The notes under the pieces: generated by a model
Database searches by the model: none
What the model saw: only the letters and a program-made list of their open reading frames with translations
What the model was told of the DNA's origin: nothing
Part shown: one piece after another, positions 1-9,910 of the stretch
How the letters are laid out: every line of letters begins with the position of its first letter
Numbering within the stretch: position 1 is the first letter of the stretch
Sequence record: NC_024794.1
Length of the DNA stretch: 64,000 nucleotides
Strand: one strand, 5' to 3'
Source: Escherichia phage vB_EcoM_PhAPEC2
Made by a program: the position numbers and the translations under genes

Positions 1-943
1 TTTCACGAAGTTTAGAAATAGGGCCGTCATATTTCAGTTTACCAACGTTCAATTCAAATTCTGAAATGTAATCCAGAGAATAGGACGGTTGATTGGTAAA
101 AGAGAATTTTTTGTAAAGGTCAATGTAATCAAGAACAGAGATACCGAACAATGTAATGATTTCACGAGAACCATACATGTTTTCGATAACTTTAACACGA
201 GTTTTACGATGAGGTGATAAACGTTTCGCAGTAGATTCGCCAAAAATATTCTTGATTCGGTTATACACATATGGAATATCAAATGACTCAACGTTCCATC
301 CAGTCAAAATGACAGGAGTTTTCTGTTGCCAGAAGTTGAGATATTCCATCAATAATTCTTTTTCATTATCAAACGGCATATAAACGATTTTGTCGATAAT
401 TTCGGATGGAACTTCATCACCACCTTGTTCTTGAAGCTTAGCCGCAATTTCGATAGACCATTCTTCTACATTACCATATGGAGAATTCAATAGATCAAAT
501 ACGTAGAACCTGTCGTCAATTGAGTCATAATGGGTGATAGCATCAATAGGATGTTTTGCTTGTGACGGCTCAGGGAACCCGTCCGGAGATGTTACTTCGA
601 TGTCGAAGTTAGCCACACGAATTTTTGTATGGTCGTATTTGATTTCATAGTTATAAGTGTCAGACAAATACGCCAATTTAAAATCGTCCATGCCAAGTGC
701 TTCAAGTCCGATATCTTCCATGCGTTTAATCCATTGGGAGGCATCACGCATATTAGCGAACAACTTACGAGCACACGGTTTACCGTAGATATCGAAATAT
801 TTCGTAGCCTGACTTTCTGGACAATGAGCAAACAGTGATGGTTTATATTCTACTTCACGAGTACGTTCACGGCCATTAGAATCGATGTAACGTTCAAAAA
901 TTGAATCACCAATCTGTTCAACCGTTAAGTAAAATTCTTTCAT
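1..943 (-). CDS. 43: DNA polymerase gp43, N-terminal part (exonuclease region); gene continues beyond window start
   Basis: Open minus-strand frame running off position 1; ATG at 943 with AGGAAA SD; translation MKEFYLTVEQIGDSIFERYIDSNG... with exo motif FDIEV, as in T4-family B polymerases (RB69-like by recollection). Confidence 0.93.
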   Translation of the reverse strand, partial: MKEFYLTVEQIGDSIFERYIDSNGRERTREVEYKPSLFAHCPESQATKYFDIYGKPCARKLFANMRDASQWIKRMEDIGLEALGMDDFKLAYLSDTYNYEIKYDHTKIRVANFDIEVTSPDGFPEPSQAKHPIDAITHYDSIDDRFYVFDLLNSPYGNVEEWSIEIAAKLQEQGGDEVPSEIIDKIVYMPFDNEKELLMEYLNFWQQKTPVILTGWNVESFDIPYVYNRIKNIFGESTAKRLSPHRKTRVKVIENMYGSREIITLFGISVLDYIDLYKKFSFTNQPSYSLDYISEFELNVGKLKYDGPISKLRE

Positions 944-955
944 TTAATTTCCTTT

Positions 956-971
956 AGACGAGTTATTGTCT
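956..971 (-). promoter_or_regulatory. 5'UTR hairpin upstream of gene 43 SD (4-bp stem, 8-nt loop AAUAACUC); candidate gp43 autogenous translational operator
   Basis: Minus-strand AGAC-AATAACTC-GTCT immediately 5' of SD/ATG; T4 gp43 is known to bind a hairpin operator in its own mRNA. Confidence 0.35.
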
Positions 972-1004
972 TTTGTTTGTTGATGAACTTATTATACTCC
1001 AAAT

Positions 1005-1018
1005 GGGACCGAAGTCCC
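1005..1018 (-). terminator. GGGAC-UUCG-GUCCC tetraloop stem-loop between regA and gene 43
   Basis: Perfect 5-bp stem with UUCG loop on the minus transcript just 3' of the regA stop; no U-run, so more likely an RNA stability/processing hairpin than a strong terminator. Confidence 0.4.
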
Positions 1019-1024
1019 ATTGCT

Positions 1025-1393
1025 TTAATTACCAATTGTATATTTTGCTTTCAAAGTCCAGTCATCTTTCTGTTTAAAAGAGATAACTCGGAAGTTATTA
1101 GTCAGGCTAAATAGATCTTCACGAGCAGAGTCTTCAATAACAATCAATCCCCAGTCTTCAAGCAACTGAGCAATCGAATCACGCCGCTGATAGTCTTCAC
1201 CATCAATATCAACTTGTCGTCCGTCCATACGCAGCATTTCTTTAAAGTGGACGATATAGTACTTACCTTGCTTTTGGAGGATATGACAAGACTGGTAAAG
1301 GACTTTATCCTTGTTATTAGCGATGCCCATACGGGTCAGAGTCTCTTTGACTTTCAGAAAATCTTCAGGGTTCTTCAATTTAATTTCAATCAT
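1025..1393 (-). CDS. regA: RegA translational repressor
   Basis: 122 aa, MIEIKLKNPEDFLKVKETLTRMGIANNKDKVLYQSCHILQKQGKYYIVHF...; synteny 43-regA-62-44-45; start ATG 1393 chosen over upstream ATG 1402. Confidence 0.9.
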   Translation of the reverse strand: MIEIKLKNPEDFLKVKETLTRMGIANNKDKVLYQSCHILQKQGKYYIVHFKEMLRMDGRQVDIDGEDYQRRDSIAQLLEDWGLIVIEDSAREDLFSLTNNFRVISFKQKDDWTLKAKYTIGN

Positions 1394-1395
1394 TT

Positions 1396-1959
1396 TTACC
1401 ATTCCAATGCTAATTTTTTAAATTGTTTTTGTTCTTTCACATTTTTTGTAACTTCTTTGAGAAATTCATCAGTGACCATGGCCTTCAGTTCTTTAAGGAC
1501 TATTGGCAACTTGTTATTTTTTTCAAGGAGCCGCTTATACTCGGTAGCATCATTCATGTTGATTGTGTAACGTTTCATCAACAGTTTGATAACTAGTAAC
1601 TCTGAAGTGTCTTCGACTAGTTTAGCCCATTTAGAGAATCGACGACCACGCGGAATTGCCGCCATCATGTAGTTGAAGTGCGCTTCATCACTTAATTCAG
1701 AACCGACTAAGTTCATCATGTAAACAGCTGGCATACATTCTGGGAACTGGGATAATGAGTTCTCAACCATAAATTTTGAGTAGTCGACCTGAGCAATTGA
1801 CATAGATTTCTTTTCATTAATAGCATTAATGATTTTAAAGAATTCATTCTCAGGTTTTTCTTTAAACATATCAGCACATTTTTGAATCGCATCAGCGTCA
1901 TTAGACTTCCATGCAATTTGGTGCTCGTTAAGTTGGGCGTCATCATCAAATAAGTTCAT
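1396..1959 (-). CDS. 62: Clamp loader small subunit gp62
   Basis: 187 aa; position between regA and 44; stop overlaps regA start region. Confidence 0.88.
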   Translation of the reverse strand: MNLFDDDAQLNEHQIAWKSNDADAIQKCADMFKEKPENEFFKIINAINEKKSMSIAQVDYSKFMVENSLSQFPECMPAVYMMNLVGSELSDEAHFNYMMAAIPRGRRFSKWAKLVEDTSELLVIKLLMKRYTINMNDATEYKRLLEKNNKLPIVLKELKAMVTDEFLKEVTKNVKEQKQFKKLALEW

Positions 1960-1960
1960 A

Positions 1961-2923
1961 TTATTTCCAAGTCAGTTCGCAGGTCAGTTGAAGAAGCATA
2001 TACATAACATGTAATTCAATATTACTAGCTAGTCCATGAAACTTATTATTTTCGCCTGCAATTTCGTAAAGCGAAATAATACTTTTACCAGGTGCAACTT
2101 GGTCATAACATTCTGAAACTAATTTATCGATGAACCATGAATAATCTGCAGCATATTTTGGAGCTAATGCACGAAGCTGTTTGATATCTTTGTTCTTCAT
2201 TGCTTCGATAACATCAGAGACTGTGCCACGGTCATTAGTTACGATAGACAGAATACCTGCATCAAGAACACCTTTAGACGAGTACTGGTCTAATTGTCCA
2301 ATTGTACGACGAAAGTCCGGGAAGTTCTTTTTAACCAGAGCTGCAACAACTTTCATATCAGCGATTTCGATATTTTCATTCTTACAGATTTCAACCATAC
2401 GATGAATCATTTTCTTCATCATCGAGATTTTATCTTCTTCGGTTGGACGTCCGAATTCGATAACTCGACAACGACTACGTAATGGTTCAATAATTCCATC
2501 GATGTTGTTGGCAGTAATAATAATAGAACAGTTACTAGAGAATTCTTCCATAAACGTACGAAGGTGACGTTGTGATTCGGCGAGGCCACTACGGTCAAAT
2601 TCATCAATAACAATAACTTTCGGCTTGCCTTCCATTGAGACTGAACGAGCGAATGCAGTTAACGGACCACGCACAAAATCAATCTTACAATCAGAACCGT
2701 TGACGAACATCATTTCGGCATTGATATCATTACATAATGCTTTTGCTACAGTTGTTTTACCTGTGCCGGGAGAAGGAGAGTGCAAAATAATATGAGGAAG
2801 TTTTCCTTTAGATACTAAAGACTTGAATGTTTCATGGTCATACGCAGGCAGAATACATTCGTCAATGGAAGAAGGACGATATTTCTGTTCTAGAATGTGC
2901 TCTTTGGAATTGATAGTAATCAT
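1961..2923 (-). CDS. 44: Clamp loader ATPase subunit gp44
   Basis: 320 aa; Walker [11 protein letters not shown], Walker [12 protein letters not shown] motif (LRSRCRV) typical of RFC-like clamp loaders. Confidence 0.93.
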   Translation of the reverse strand: MITINSKEHILEQKYRPSSIDECILPAYDHETFKSLVSKGKLPHIILHSPSPGTGKTTVAKALCNDINAEMMFVNGSDCKIDFVRGPLTAFARSVSMEGKPKVIVIDEFDRSGLAESQRHLRTFMEEFSSNCSIIITANNIDGIIEPLRSRCRVIEFGRPTEEDKISMMKKMIHRMVEICKNENIEIADMKVVAALVKKNFPDFRRTIGQLDQYSSKGVLDAGILSIVTNDRGTVSDVIEAMKNKDIKQLRALAPKYAADYSWFIDKLVSECYDQVAPGKSIISLYEIAGENNKFHGLASNIELHVMYMLLQLTCELTWK

Positions 2924-2998
2924 GTAATTTTCCTCATTATCATTAAACTGGAGGATTTCTCCTCCATAATCGTACTACATTAAACGTAAAGCTTTGAC

Positions 2999-3685
2999 TT
3001 AGAAGTCGTGAGTAGAATCGGCTTCCATCGCAATAACATAACTCACTTGAGAGCTTTCAAACTTGGCTGCAACTTTATCACCAGCTCCCCACAACATTAC
3101 TTTATAGTTACCTGGCTGAATTTTCATATTAGCCATATTGATTACGAAGTTAAAGTTGTTAGAACCATCATAATCGGTAAGAGTCAAAGAATACTTAGGA
3201 CGAGTCAAGCCAGAATCTTCAACTTTATTGTAACCGTTGATAACAATTTTACCATCTTTATTTGTAATAGCAATTGTATCAATCTGAAGGCCACGTGAAA
3301 CTCGAAGCAATTGTTGAAGGTCTTCAGCTTTAATTTCAGTAATCACAGAAGCCACTGGGAATTGAATTGGCTTATTAGGAAAAACAATGGTGCTCTTGTC
3401 AGCGGCAGGCCAATAAACTGTGGAACGTGTATCTGCAATTTTAATATTGCCATCAGTGTGCATTGAAATTTCAGCATCATCAGACACTAGACTCAAAATG
3501 CTTAAGAAGCTATTCAAATCATAAAGTGCTACGTCAAAATCAATTTCATCAGAGATATTTGCTTCCGCATAAGTGGTGCCATTAACTGCACGAGTCATAA
3601 TAAATTTACCTTGACTCAGCAGAATGCCGGAGTTAATAGAGGCAAAGTTTTTCAGAATAGCGATAGTATCTTTAGACAGTTTCAT
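2999..3685 (-). CDS. 45: Sliding clamp gp45
   Basis: 228 aa from ATG 3685 (SD AAAGGAAAT); MKLSKDTIAILKNFASINSG... ends ...EADSTHDF as in T4 gp45. Confidence 0.93.
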   Translation of the reverse strand: MKLSKDTIAILKNFASINSGILLSQGKFIMTRAVNGTTYAEANISDEIDFDVALYDLNSFLSILSLVSDDAEISMHTDGNIKIADTRSTVYWPAADKSTIVFPNKPIQFPVASVITEIKAEDLQQLLRVSRGLQIDTIAITNKDGKIVINGYNKVEDSGLTRPKYSLTLTDYDGSNNFNFVINMANMKIQPGNYKVMLWGAGDKVAAKFESSQVSYVIAMEADSTHDF

Positions 3686-3727
3686 TTTATTTCCTTTCAA
3701 GACAATTCAAAGTTTATAACAAATTTA

Positions 3728-4144
3728 TTATGCAGCAACCATCTGCTTTTTAATAGCTTCAGGCAGTGATTCAATATATTCTGGAATTTTAGAAGCAACA
3801 ATTTCGCCAGCTGCAATTAGTTGTTCGTCGGCATCAACACAATAGAAATCTTCCAGACGCTCAGAACCGTCTTTATCAAGAACGATTTTAGCACCTGCTT
3901 CAATAGAATCTTTATAGTGCTTACGCATCAGATGAATCCACATATCAGATACATCATTATCAATAAAACCATAAATCATAAAACGAGTTTCTTGTGGCAA
4001 AGATTGGAGTTTTTTAGCACTTGCGTCATCACAATGCAGGACCCATGCTTTACGAACACGATTATGGTTATGTGGGTTAGCGTCAGTACGGATAGAAGTA
4101 ACTTTCAGATCAGCAGCAGTGAAACCTTTAGCAGTAGTAAACAT
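3728..4144 (-). CDS. rpbA: RNA polymerase-binding protein RpbA-like (by synteny)
   Basis: 138-aa ORF directly downstream of gene 45 in T4 order 45-rpbA-45.2-46. Confidence 0.55.
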   Translation of the reverse strand: MFTTAKGFTAADLKVTSIRTDANPHNHNRVRKAWVLHCDDASAKKLQSLPQETRFMIYGFIDNDVSDMWIHLMRKHYKDSIEAGAKIVLDKDGSERLEDFYCVDADEQLIAAGEIVASKIPEYIESLPEAIKKQMVAA

Positions 4145-4156
4145 ATTATTTCTCTC

Positions 4157-4357
4157 TTATTCGTAGAAGTCGGTAACTGTCCATGCGGAATTGCGATTAG
4201 ACATTATTTTATTATACTCATCTTTAAAAGCAGATTTGAGCATTTGTTCAGTAACAATATGTTCTTCACCTGAAAACGTATTGGTCAAAACATATTTTTT
4301 AATTTCAGGGACAACAAGAAGATGTTGGCCGGTTGAATACTCCATGTTGTTCTCCAT
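4157..4357 (-). CDS. Hypothetical small protein (T4 45.2 position)
   Basis: 66-aa ORF between rpbA and 46. Confidence 0.45.
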   Translation of the reverse strand: MENNMEYSTGQHLLVVPEIKKYVLTNTFSGEEHIVTEQMLKSAFKDEYNKIMSNRNSAWTVTDFYE

Positions 4358-4399
4358 TTAATTTGATGTGGTCATTATAACCACATCATGTTAAAGCGT

Positions 4400-6088
4400 T
4401 TATGAAACAGTCATTACCGTAAATCGTCCAACTTTGCTCATCTGAAGATGTTGTCCATAACGTTGAGGGTCATGGTCTCGATGAGAGATAATGAACACGT
4501 TAGTATTTTGTAAACTTCCAAGAATGGTATCTATAGCCTTAACAGCTTCAGAATCTACAGCGCCGTCAAAAACCTCATCAAGAATCAACGTGTTGATTTT
4601 AACACCGGAGACCTTTTCAGCAATATCTCGCCATGTAAACAACAATGCGATATCGATACGTGCCTTTTCACCTTGACTAAATGAAGCATAACTAAAATCT
4701 TCACGACCACGTGATTTTATAGATTCATTGAATTCTTCGTCAATAGAAAACACGTAATCAGCTTCCATGATTTTAAGATAATAGTTAATCTGCTTGTTGA
4801 ACAGAGGCACGTATTTTTTAATGATAGCACCTTTAATACCAGAATCTTTTAACATATCTGTGATAATACCACGATGGTATTTTTCAAGAACGATATCTGA
4901 TTTTGTTTTAATGATTTTATCAAGTTCTTTTTGAAGCAAAGCTATTTCATCGGCATGGTCGATAAATTCCGCCGAGGCTTGTTCTATTGCAGCTTTAACT
5001 TTCTTAGCTTTATCAATAGTGGCAATCATTGCTTGTTTCTTGGTACGAATATCAGATGCAAGGTCCTGTTTAGTCTTAACATTAGCTCTATATTCGTCCA
5101 CTAGGACACTCAGATTATCTCTGTGACAGGTAAGTTGCTCGAATGAGTGATTACATTCATGAAGCTTATCGGTAATCTTAGAGACAATAGGATCACCCTG
5201 GTGCAACTGTGATGCACAAGTAGGACATGTACCGCCATCATGATACATCTTAATAACTTTGTTATATGAGTCAATTTTAGATTTAATCAAGAATGCTTCT
5301 TGTCCTATCTTGTTGAATGCCTCGGTAGGGTCTTCATCAAGAACGATATTAAGTAGTCGCTCATTAGCTTCTTCGATTTCTGCTTTTAATGAACGAGCTT
5401 CTTTGGCTAGGTCGTCATACATATTCTGTAGACGAGCTACATTATCACCAGATAATTTCTTTTGACGTTCGATATTCTCGTTATAAATCTTAATTTGTTG
5501 GATAACACCATCTTTCTTAGCATCGAGAACTTGTCCCTGGGAATTAAGTTCTCGAACTTGAGACTTATTGATTTTATCCATTTCAGCGAGTGTGCCGACT
5601 TCTAAAAGGTCTTCGACAAGTTTTCTACGAGCAGGGGTGCTAAGAGCCATGAAAGGGGTATACCCTGCCGTCCCAAGCACAACGATTTGTTTAAAAGACG
5701 CATATGACATTCCGATGCTACGTTCAAATTCTTCTTGGAAGTCACGACTGCTGGCAGATTCATCGAGACGAACACCGTCAACGGAGATTTCGAAAATATT
5801 GGGCTTTTGTCCACGTCTAATGAAGTATTTTTTATCATCGAATTCCATCCAAAGCTCAACTAAGAGCTCTTTCTTGTTCGTGCTATTAATGATTTGTCCT
5901 TTCTTAACATCACGAAATGGTTTACCGAAAAGTCCGAAAGTAATGGCTTCTAACATCGTAGATTTACCACCGCCATTTTTACCAGTGATTAATGTCTTTT
6001 GGACTTTATCTAATTGGATATCAATAGGATTCCCACCTACCGACATGATGTTTTGATAACGAACACGATTTAATTTAAATGATTTCAT
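4400..6088 (-). CDS. 46: Recombination endonuclease subunit gp46 (Rad50/SbcC-like ATPase)
   Basis: 562 aa; N-terminal Walker A GKNGGGKST, long coiled-coil middle, C-terminal signature/Walker B (LILDEVFDG). Confidence 0.93.
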   Translation of the reverse strand: MKSFKLNRVRYQNIMSVGGNPIDIQLDKVQKTLITGKNGGGKSTMLEAITFGLFGKPFRDVKKGQIINSTNKKELLVELWMEFDDKKYFIRRGQKPNIFEISVDGVRLDESASSRDFQEEFERSIGMSYASFKQIVVLGTAGYTPFMALSTPARRKLVEDLLEVGTLAEMDKINKSQVRELNSQGQVLDAKKDGVIQQIKIYNENIERQKKLSGDNVARLQNMYDDLAKEARSLKAEIEEANERLLNIVLDEDPTEAFNKIGQEAFLIKSKIDSYNKVIKMYHDGGTCPTCASQLHQGDPIVSKITDKLHECNHSFEQLTCHRDNLSVLVDEYRANVKTKQDLASDIRTKKQAMIATIDKAKKVKAAIEQASAEFIDHADEIALLQKELDKIIKTKSDIVLEKYHRGIITDMLKDSGIKGAIIKKYVPLFNKQINYYLKIMEADYVFSIDEEFNESIKSRGREDFSYASFSQGEKARIDIALLFTWRDIAEKVSGVKINTLILDEVFDGAVDSEAVKAIDTILGSLQNTNVFIISHRDHDPQRYGQHLQMSKVGRFTVMTVS

Positions 6089-6324
6089 ATGTATTCTCTT
6101 CGAATGAAGTCCTCTACATATTTTAACATGTCATCTCTATCAGCAAAATATTCATCCAGTTCTGCATACATAACAACACCTGGCGCGTACTCACAGGTAA
6201 CATACATTGTTCCAAAGAAACGAGGAGTTGATTCCTCGTAATTCTCGGTCCATTCAACGATACCAATATAACCGTCACCAATACTAAATTCATGACGATG
6301 GATTTCATAATCAGTCTTCGTCAT
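6085..6324 (-). CDS. Hypothetical protein (T4 46.1 position)
   Basis: ORF coupled to gene 46; start ATG 6324 has GAGGA SD (track start 6339 overlaps it). Confidence 0.5.
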   Translation of the reverse strand: MTKTDYEIHRHEFSIGDGYIGIVEWTENYEESTPRFFGTMYVTCEYAPGVVMYAELDEYFADRDDMLKYVEDFIRREYI

Positions 6325-6568
6325 TATATGCATCCTCAATACACGCTTCAGCCATTTTAAGAATAGAGCCAGGAGTATCGTTGTCCATTATATTAAAGCT
6401 AAATTCAATAGCCCAGTCGGTGCAGACATGAACTGCTTTAACTTCATTGCCTTCAACGCGTAATGGCTCAATCCAATACTTGATAGTGTTCTCGAATCCA
6501 TCATCATCTTTAACGTCCATTTCAACTTCAAGCCTGAGTCCAGCATTGTTAAATTCATCTAAAGTCAT
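6311..6568 (-). CDS. Hypothetical acidic protein (T4 46.2 position)
   Basis: 85-aa ORF, stop/start coupled to gene 47. Confidence 0.5.
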   Translation of the reverse strand: MTLDEFNNAGLRLEVEMDVKDDDGFENTIKYWIEPLRVEGNEVKAVHVCTDWAIEFSFNIMDNDTPGSILKMAEACIEDAYNDED

Positions 6569-7584
6569 TGTGTTGCCTCAATATAAAGTTCGTTGGAATA
6601 TTTGACCAGCGCTTCTCTGTCTTCGTCTGAGATATCTGGAATCGCGTCAATATATTCTTTAATGATATCTTGAAGTGATTTAATCTCGATTTCCTGGTCA
6701 TCATCAGATTCAACACTGTTATCAACTTTAGAAACCATACGAAGAGAGTGAACTACTTTTTCAAGTTCAGATTCAAACTTAGTCAACTCTGAATCAATTT
6801 CTGATACTATAACACGTACGGCTAGATTAGTATAATCAGAATAATTGATTTTGCCTTTAAACGGATAAGTGATTCGTCGATGCCATGTTGTTTCATTAGG
6901 AATAAATTCCATACGTTCAACATCAGTGTCAAATACCCAGAATCCGCGCGGGTCGTTCTCATCACCTGCAGTAAGGGTCCATGGTGTCCCAATATATTTG
7001 ACGTTAGCAGCTTCAGAGATTGTGTGGAAGTGGCCGGACCAGACTTGTTTATAGGTCTTTAAGAAATCAGGTTCAAGCCCATGAGACTTCATTCCTTTAT
7101 AGAAATAAAAACCATTCAGTTCCCAGTGCCCAACACAATACGCGGCAGAAGAAGTCTTGATGTGCTCTAAGATTTCACCTGTATTTTCTTCACACATCCA
7201 TGGAACGATATCAATCAGACATCCGTCAAAATCTACAGTAGTTGGATGCTCGTAAATAGTAAAGTTTTCAAATTGAGTTAACAATTCAGAAACAGTGTTA
7301 GGTGTTATTGTATTCTTAAACGCCATGTCATGGTTTCCTATCGTGACATGAACGTGAATGCCTGCTTTAGAAATCATATCAACGATTTCACGATTGAATT
7401 CCATTGTACGATGTGTTATTGCTTTACGGACGTCAAACCAATCACCGTACTGAATCCAAGTTTTAATCCCGTGTTTCTTAGAGTATTCAATTGCTTGACG
7501 AATACCATCACGTTGAATATCTTGAACCCACGGGTCGTCTTGTTTGACTCCGATATGGAAGTCGCCTAAGTGCAAAATTTTCAT
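6565..7584 (-). CDS. 47: Recombination endonuclease subunit gp47 (Mre11/SbcD-like phosphoesterase)
   Basis: 339 aa; calcineurin-like phosphoesterase motifs (HLGDFH, GNHD, GHWH). Confidence 0.93.
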   Translation of the reverse strand: MKILHLGDFHIGVKQDDPWVQDIQRDGIRQAIEYSKKHGIKTWIQYGDWFDVRKAITHRTMEFNREIVDMISKAGIHVHVTIGNHDMAFKNTITPNTVSELLTQFENFTIYEHPTTVDFDGCLIDIVPWMCEENTGEILEHIKTSSAAYCVGHWELNGFYFYKGMKSHGLEPDFLKTYKQVWSGHFHTISEAANVKYIGTPWTLTAGDENDPRGFWVFDTDVERMEFIPNETTWHRRITYPFKGKINYSDYTNLAVRVIVSEIDSELTKFESELEKVVHSLRMVSKVDNSVESDDDQEIEIKSLQDIIKEYIDAIPDISDEDREALVKYSNELYIEATQ

Positions 7585-7628
7585 ATTATTTCCTCATTAG
7601 TTAATTCATTCTATCATCCGTTTATAAA

Positions 7629-7656
7629 GCAAAAAAGGAACTCCGAAGAGTTCCTA
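7629..7656 (-). terminator. Rho-independent terminator (UUCG-loop hairpin + U-run) upstream of gene 47
   Basis: Minus transcript GGAACUC-UUCG-GAGUUCC followed by UUUUUUG. Confidence 0.6.
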
Positions 7657-7827
7657 TCCACATAGTACACCGTACAGAGGCTCATTTGAACTTTTAAATC
7701 GAATGGGCTTGTATGTAATAGTTCCTTCGGCTTTAGCTTTATCATAAGACTCTTTAAAACGTCTCATTCTTTCTGCTTTGCCTTTACGGATTTTATCGAA
7801 ATTTTCAGAGGTCAGGTCATTCGTCAT
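7654..7827 (-). CDS. Hypothetical small protein (57 aa)
   Basis: Hand-translated MTNDLTSENFDKIRKGKAERMRRFKESYDKAKAEGTITYKPIRFKSSNEPLYGVLCG; below ORF-track cutoff; stop overlaps terminator hairpin. Confidence 0.3.
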   Translation of the reverse strand: MTNDLTSENFDKIRKGKAERMRRFKESYDKAKAEGTITYKPIRFKSSNEPLYGVLCG

Positions 7828-7866
7828 GCATAATCACCTCTCAGAAAATACCTAAATCGATTTCTC

Positions 7867-8073
7867 TCATCGTTTCCACCATTTCTTAACTTGAAATGAA
7901 TCGACCCACACGAGTTGTTTTGGGTCTGCCTTTACAATAGGCGGACAAATTTCTGTAATAGAACTGTCGTGATATTCCTTTTCAGAAATTTTAACACAAA
8001 GAGGACCTCCCAATTTAAGGGTGAACCCTGCGTTCAGCTTCAGACGTTTAAACTTTGTTTGAACTAGCGCCAT
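7867..8073 (-). CDS. Hypothetical protein
   Basis: ORF with ATG at 8073 (MALVQTKFKRL...); overlaps end of upstream ORF, start uncertain. Confidence 0.3.
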   Translation of the reverse strand: MALVQTKFKRLKLNAGFTLKLGGPLCVKISEKEYHDSSITEICPPIVKADPKQLVWVDSFQVKKWWKR

Positions 8074-8371
8074 TAATGATGTCCTCAATAGCCTGACGAG
8101 TAGTAACCCACTGGATTTTAATTAACTTGTCATTATATGGTTGTCGTAGAATATCCCGAGATTTCTTAATAGCATATTCGTAAGCTTCGAAGTTGTTTTG
8201 AATTGCTGCTTCTTGAGCATGAGCATAAAGACGGTTTAGTTCAAAACGATTCTTTTTAAGAATCTTTTCGGATTTTTTACGTGCTTCAGCTTCATTTTTC
8301 TTTTGGATTTCTTGTAGCATTTTAGCTACTGCATCTTCTGCTTCTTTATTTTCAATAATCTCGGTAGTCAT
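8048..8371 (-). CDS. Hypothetical protein (107 aa)
   Basis: ORF between 47 and 55, in the interval where T4 carries a-gt. Confidence 0.45.
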   Translation of the reverse strand: MTTEIIENKEAEDAVAKMLQEIQKKNEAEARKKSEKILKKNRFELNRLYAHAQEAAIQNNFEAYEYAIKKSRDILRQPYNDKLIKIQWVTTRQAIEDIINGASSNKV

Positions 8372-8372
8372 A

Positions 8373-8588
8373 TTATCTCATTAAATTAAAATAAAAACGT
8401 CCATCCTCTTCAATACAGAACTCATACTCAACCGGAGTCCCATTTATCGAAAATGACACGTCATGTGGGTTCAAAGGGTCGATGTCAAAATTAATTTTAA
8501 ATTCACGACCCAACAGTTTTACCAAATAAGGGATTGCTTCGTCAAAAGGTTCTTCTAAGTAGTTAGAGATGTCAATTGTCATCCTCAT
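8373..8588 (-). CDS. Hypothetical protein (start uncertain)
   Basis: ORF overlapping 3' end of gene 55; plausible ATGs at 8588/8582. Confidence 0.4.
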   Translation of the reverse strand: MRMTIDISNYLEEPFDEAIPYLVKLLGREFKINFDIDPLNPHDVSFSINGTPVEYEFCIEEDGRFYFNLMR

Positions 8589-9129
8589 ATAAAAAATCCA
8601 AACTAGGCGAATCGCTAACAACTTCCTTCTTTTCAGCCCCAGGAGCTTTATAAGCGGATTCTTCATAATGCGTCATTTTATCGTAGATGTCTTGAATAAA
8701 CGTTTCATCTACCAACGCTACCATATCATCGTCATGACTGTCGTAGACATTATGAACGAAGTAACTATATTTCTTTGCAACTTCCTTACGTTCTTTTTTG
8801 ATACGTTGGACAAAAGCATTAAAACAAGCTCGAGTTATGTATGCATGTGGGTTATTGTACTTAGTTTCGTCGAAATTATGAAGTCCCTTAATAGAGGCTT
8901 CAATCCCATCTGCAATCATCTCCTGCTTCCAAGACTGGGTATATCCTGAAAAGTTGAAACGTTTGGACAGGCCTTCGGCGATAAGCATAATTGCTAAACC
9001 GATGGTATCATTCTGACGAATAATTTTGTTTGGGTCTTTATTATTTAAGAGCTCCTTTTTCCACTCGATTATAGCGGCGAGAAGCTCTTTATTATTCACA
9101 TAGTTATTTTTAGGTTTTTGTTCGGTCAT
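8572..9129 (-). CDS. 55: Late-transcription sigma factor gp55
   Basis: 185 aa from ATG 9129: [27 protein letters not shown]...[35 protein letters not shown]... near-identical to T4 gp55 as recalled; track start 9147 is a TTG extension. Confidence 0.93.
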   Translation of the reverse strand: MTEQKPKNNYVNNKELLAAIIEWKKELLNNKDPNKIIRQNDTIGLAIMLIAEGLSKRFNFSGYTQSWKQEMIADGIEASIKGLHNFDETKYNNPHAYITRACFNAFVQRIKKERKEVAKKYSYFVHNVYDSHDDDMVALVDETFIQDIYDKMTHYEESAYKAPGAEKKEVVSDSPSLDFLYEDDN

Positions 9130-9284
9130 AAGTATCTCTTGGCTCAATTCATAGGTCTATTATATCATAATATTTAGAGACCTATCTTAAAGCACGAGAT
9201 ACTATCAAAGATACGTAACTTTTATAAAGTTGTCGACTTAAAATTCACCAAACTTTTCTTCGGATATAGTGATTCGAGATAGTT

Positions 9285-9512
9285 TCATTTTAGTTCCTTT
9301 GCTGCTTCAAGAGCAGCATCCAGCGAATCAAATTGGTCAACGAAATCAATATTCAACGCATCGTCAACCGTAGCATATAACCACCATTGTTTGAATTCAT
9401 ATTCTAGGATAAATCCAGGCCCTTCAATCTGAGGAAGACCTAGGCTATTTGTACCAACTTCGTAACCAGCTAGACGCAAGTCATTAATCAAAGTTTCTGT
9501 TAATACGCTCAT
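9285..9512 (-). CDS. Hypothetical acidic protein (T4 55.x position)
   Basis: 75-aa ORF, ATG verified at 9512, coupled (ATGA) to upstream gene. Confidence 0.5.
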   Translation of the reverse strand: MSVLTETLINDLRLAGYEVGTNSLGLPQIEGPGFILEYEFKQWWLYATVDDALNIDFVDQFDSLDAALEAAKELK

Positions 9513-9841
9513 TTTACCGCCTTAACAATTTTCAGGTCAACGAATTTTTTCTTACGTTGATTTTTCATACGACGGATAGTCTTTTCAGAGATTTCATGTT
9601 TCTGATAAGCTTTAGATTCAACACCAAATGCAGCAACGTCAAATTCAGAAAGAATATATTGTACTAGAATTTCACGAATAGAATTACGTCCAATTTTCTG
9701 GTCGTGTTTTTGCATGATTTCATAAAGACGGAATTCCCACGCGTCAAGAACTTGAGGAGTAACAATATTGCCGGATTCCAGAAGAGCAACAACTTTATCG
9801 AAAGCGAAAGAATTAACTACGTTTTTGATTTTAGTAGACAT
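9509..9841 (-). CDS. Hypothetical protein (T4 55.x position)
   Basis: 110 aa from ATG 9841 (MSTKIKN..., SD GAGGAAAA); first gene after the early promoter at 9879-9907. Confidence 0.55.
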   Translation of the reverse strand: MSTKIKNVVNSFAFDKVVALLESGNIVTPQVLDAWEFRLYEIMQKHDQKIGRNSIREILVQYILSEFDVAAFGVESKAYQKHEISEKTIRRMKNQRKKKFVDLKIVKAVK

Positions 9842-9878
9842 ATTATTTTCCTCGGTTATTTTATTATCCAATGAGAGC

Positions 9879-9907
9879 ATTATACTCTGCTCTCAAGAGT
9901 TTGTAAA
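9879..9907 (-). promoter_or_regulatory. T4-type early (sigma70) promoter, TTTACA-N17-TATAAT
   Basis: Minus strand TTTACAAACTCTTGAGAGCAGAGTATAAT; the 48-bp block is duplicated exactly at 38995-39042. Confidence 0.6.
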
Positions 9908-9910
9908 TCG

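Noticed and set aside
5568-6056. 162-aa plus-strand ORF (and similar plus ORFs at 1214..1570, 3821..4273, 13836..14084)
   Set aside because: All lie inside conserved minus-strand genes (46, regA/62, rpbA, nrdD) on the opposite strand with no SD or promoter context
8572-9147. Longer gp55 ORF starting MSQEIL (and similar N-terminal extensions of genes 45, denV, e, ipII, gp4, gp6, 5.4)
   Set aside because: The extensions start at non-ATG codons or lack an SD, and the internal ATG gives the T4-like N-terminus with a good SD
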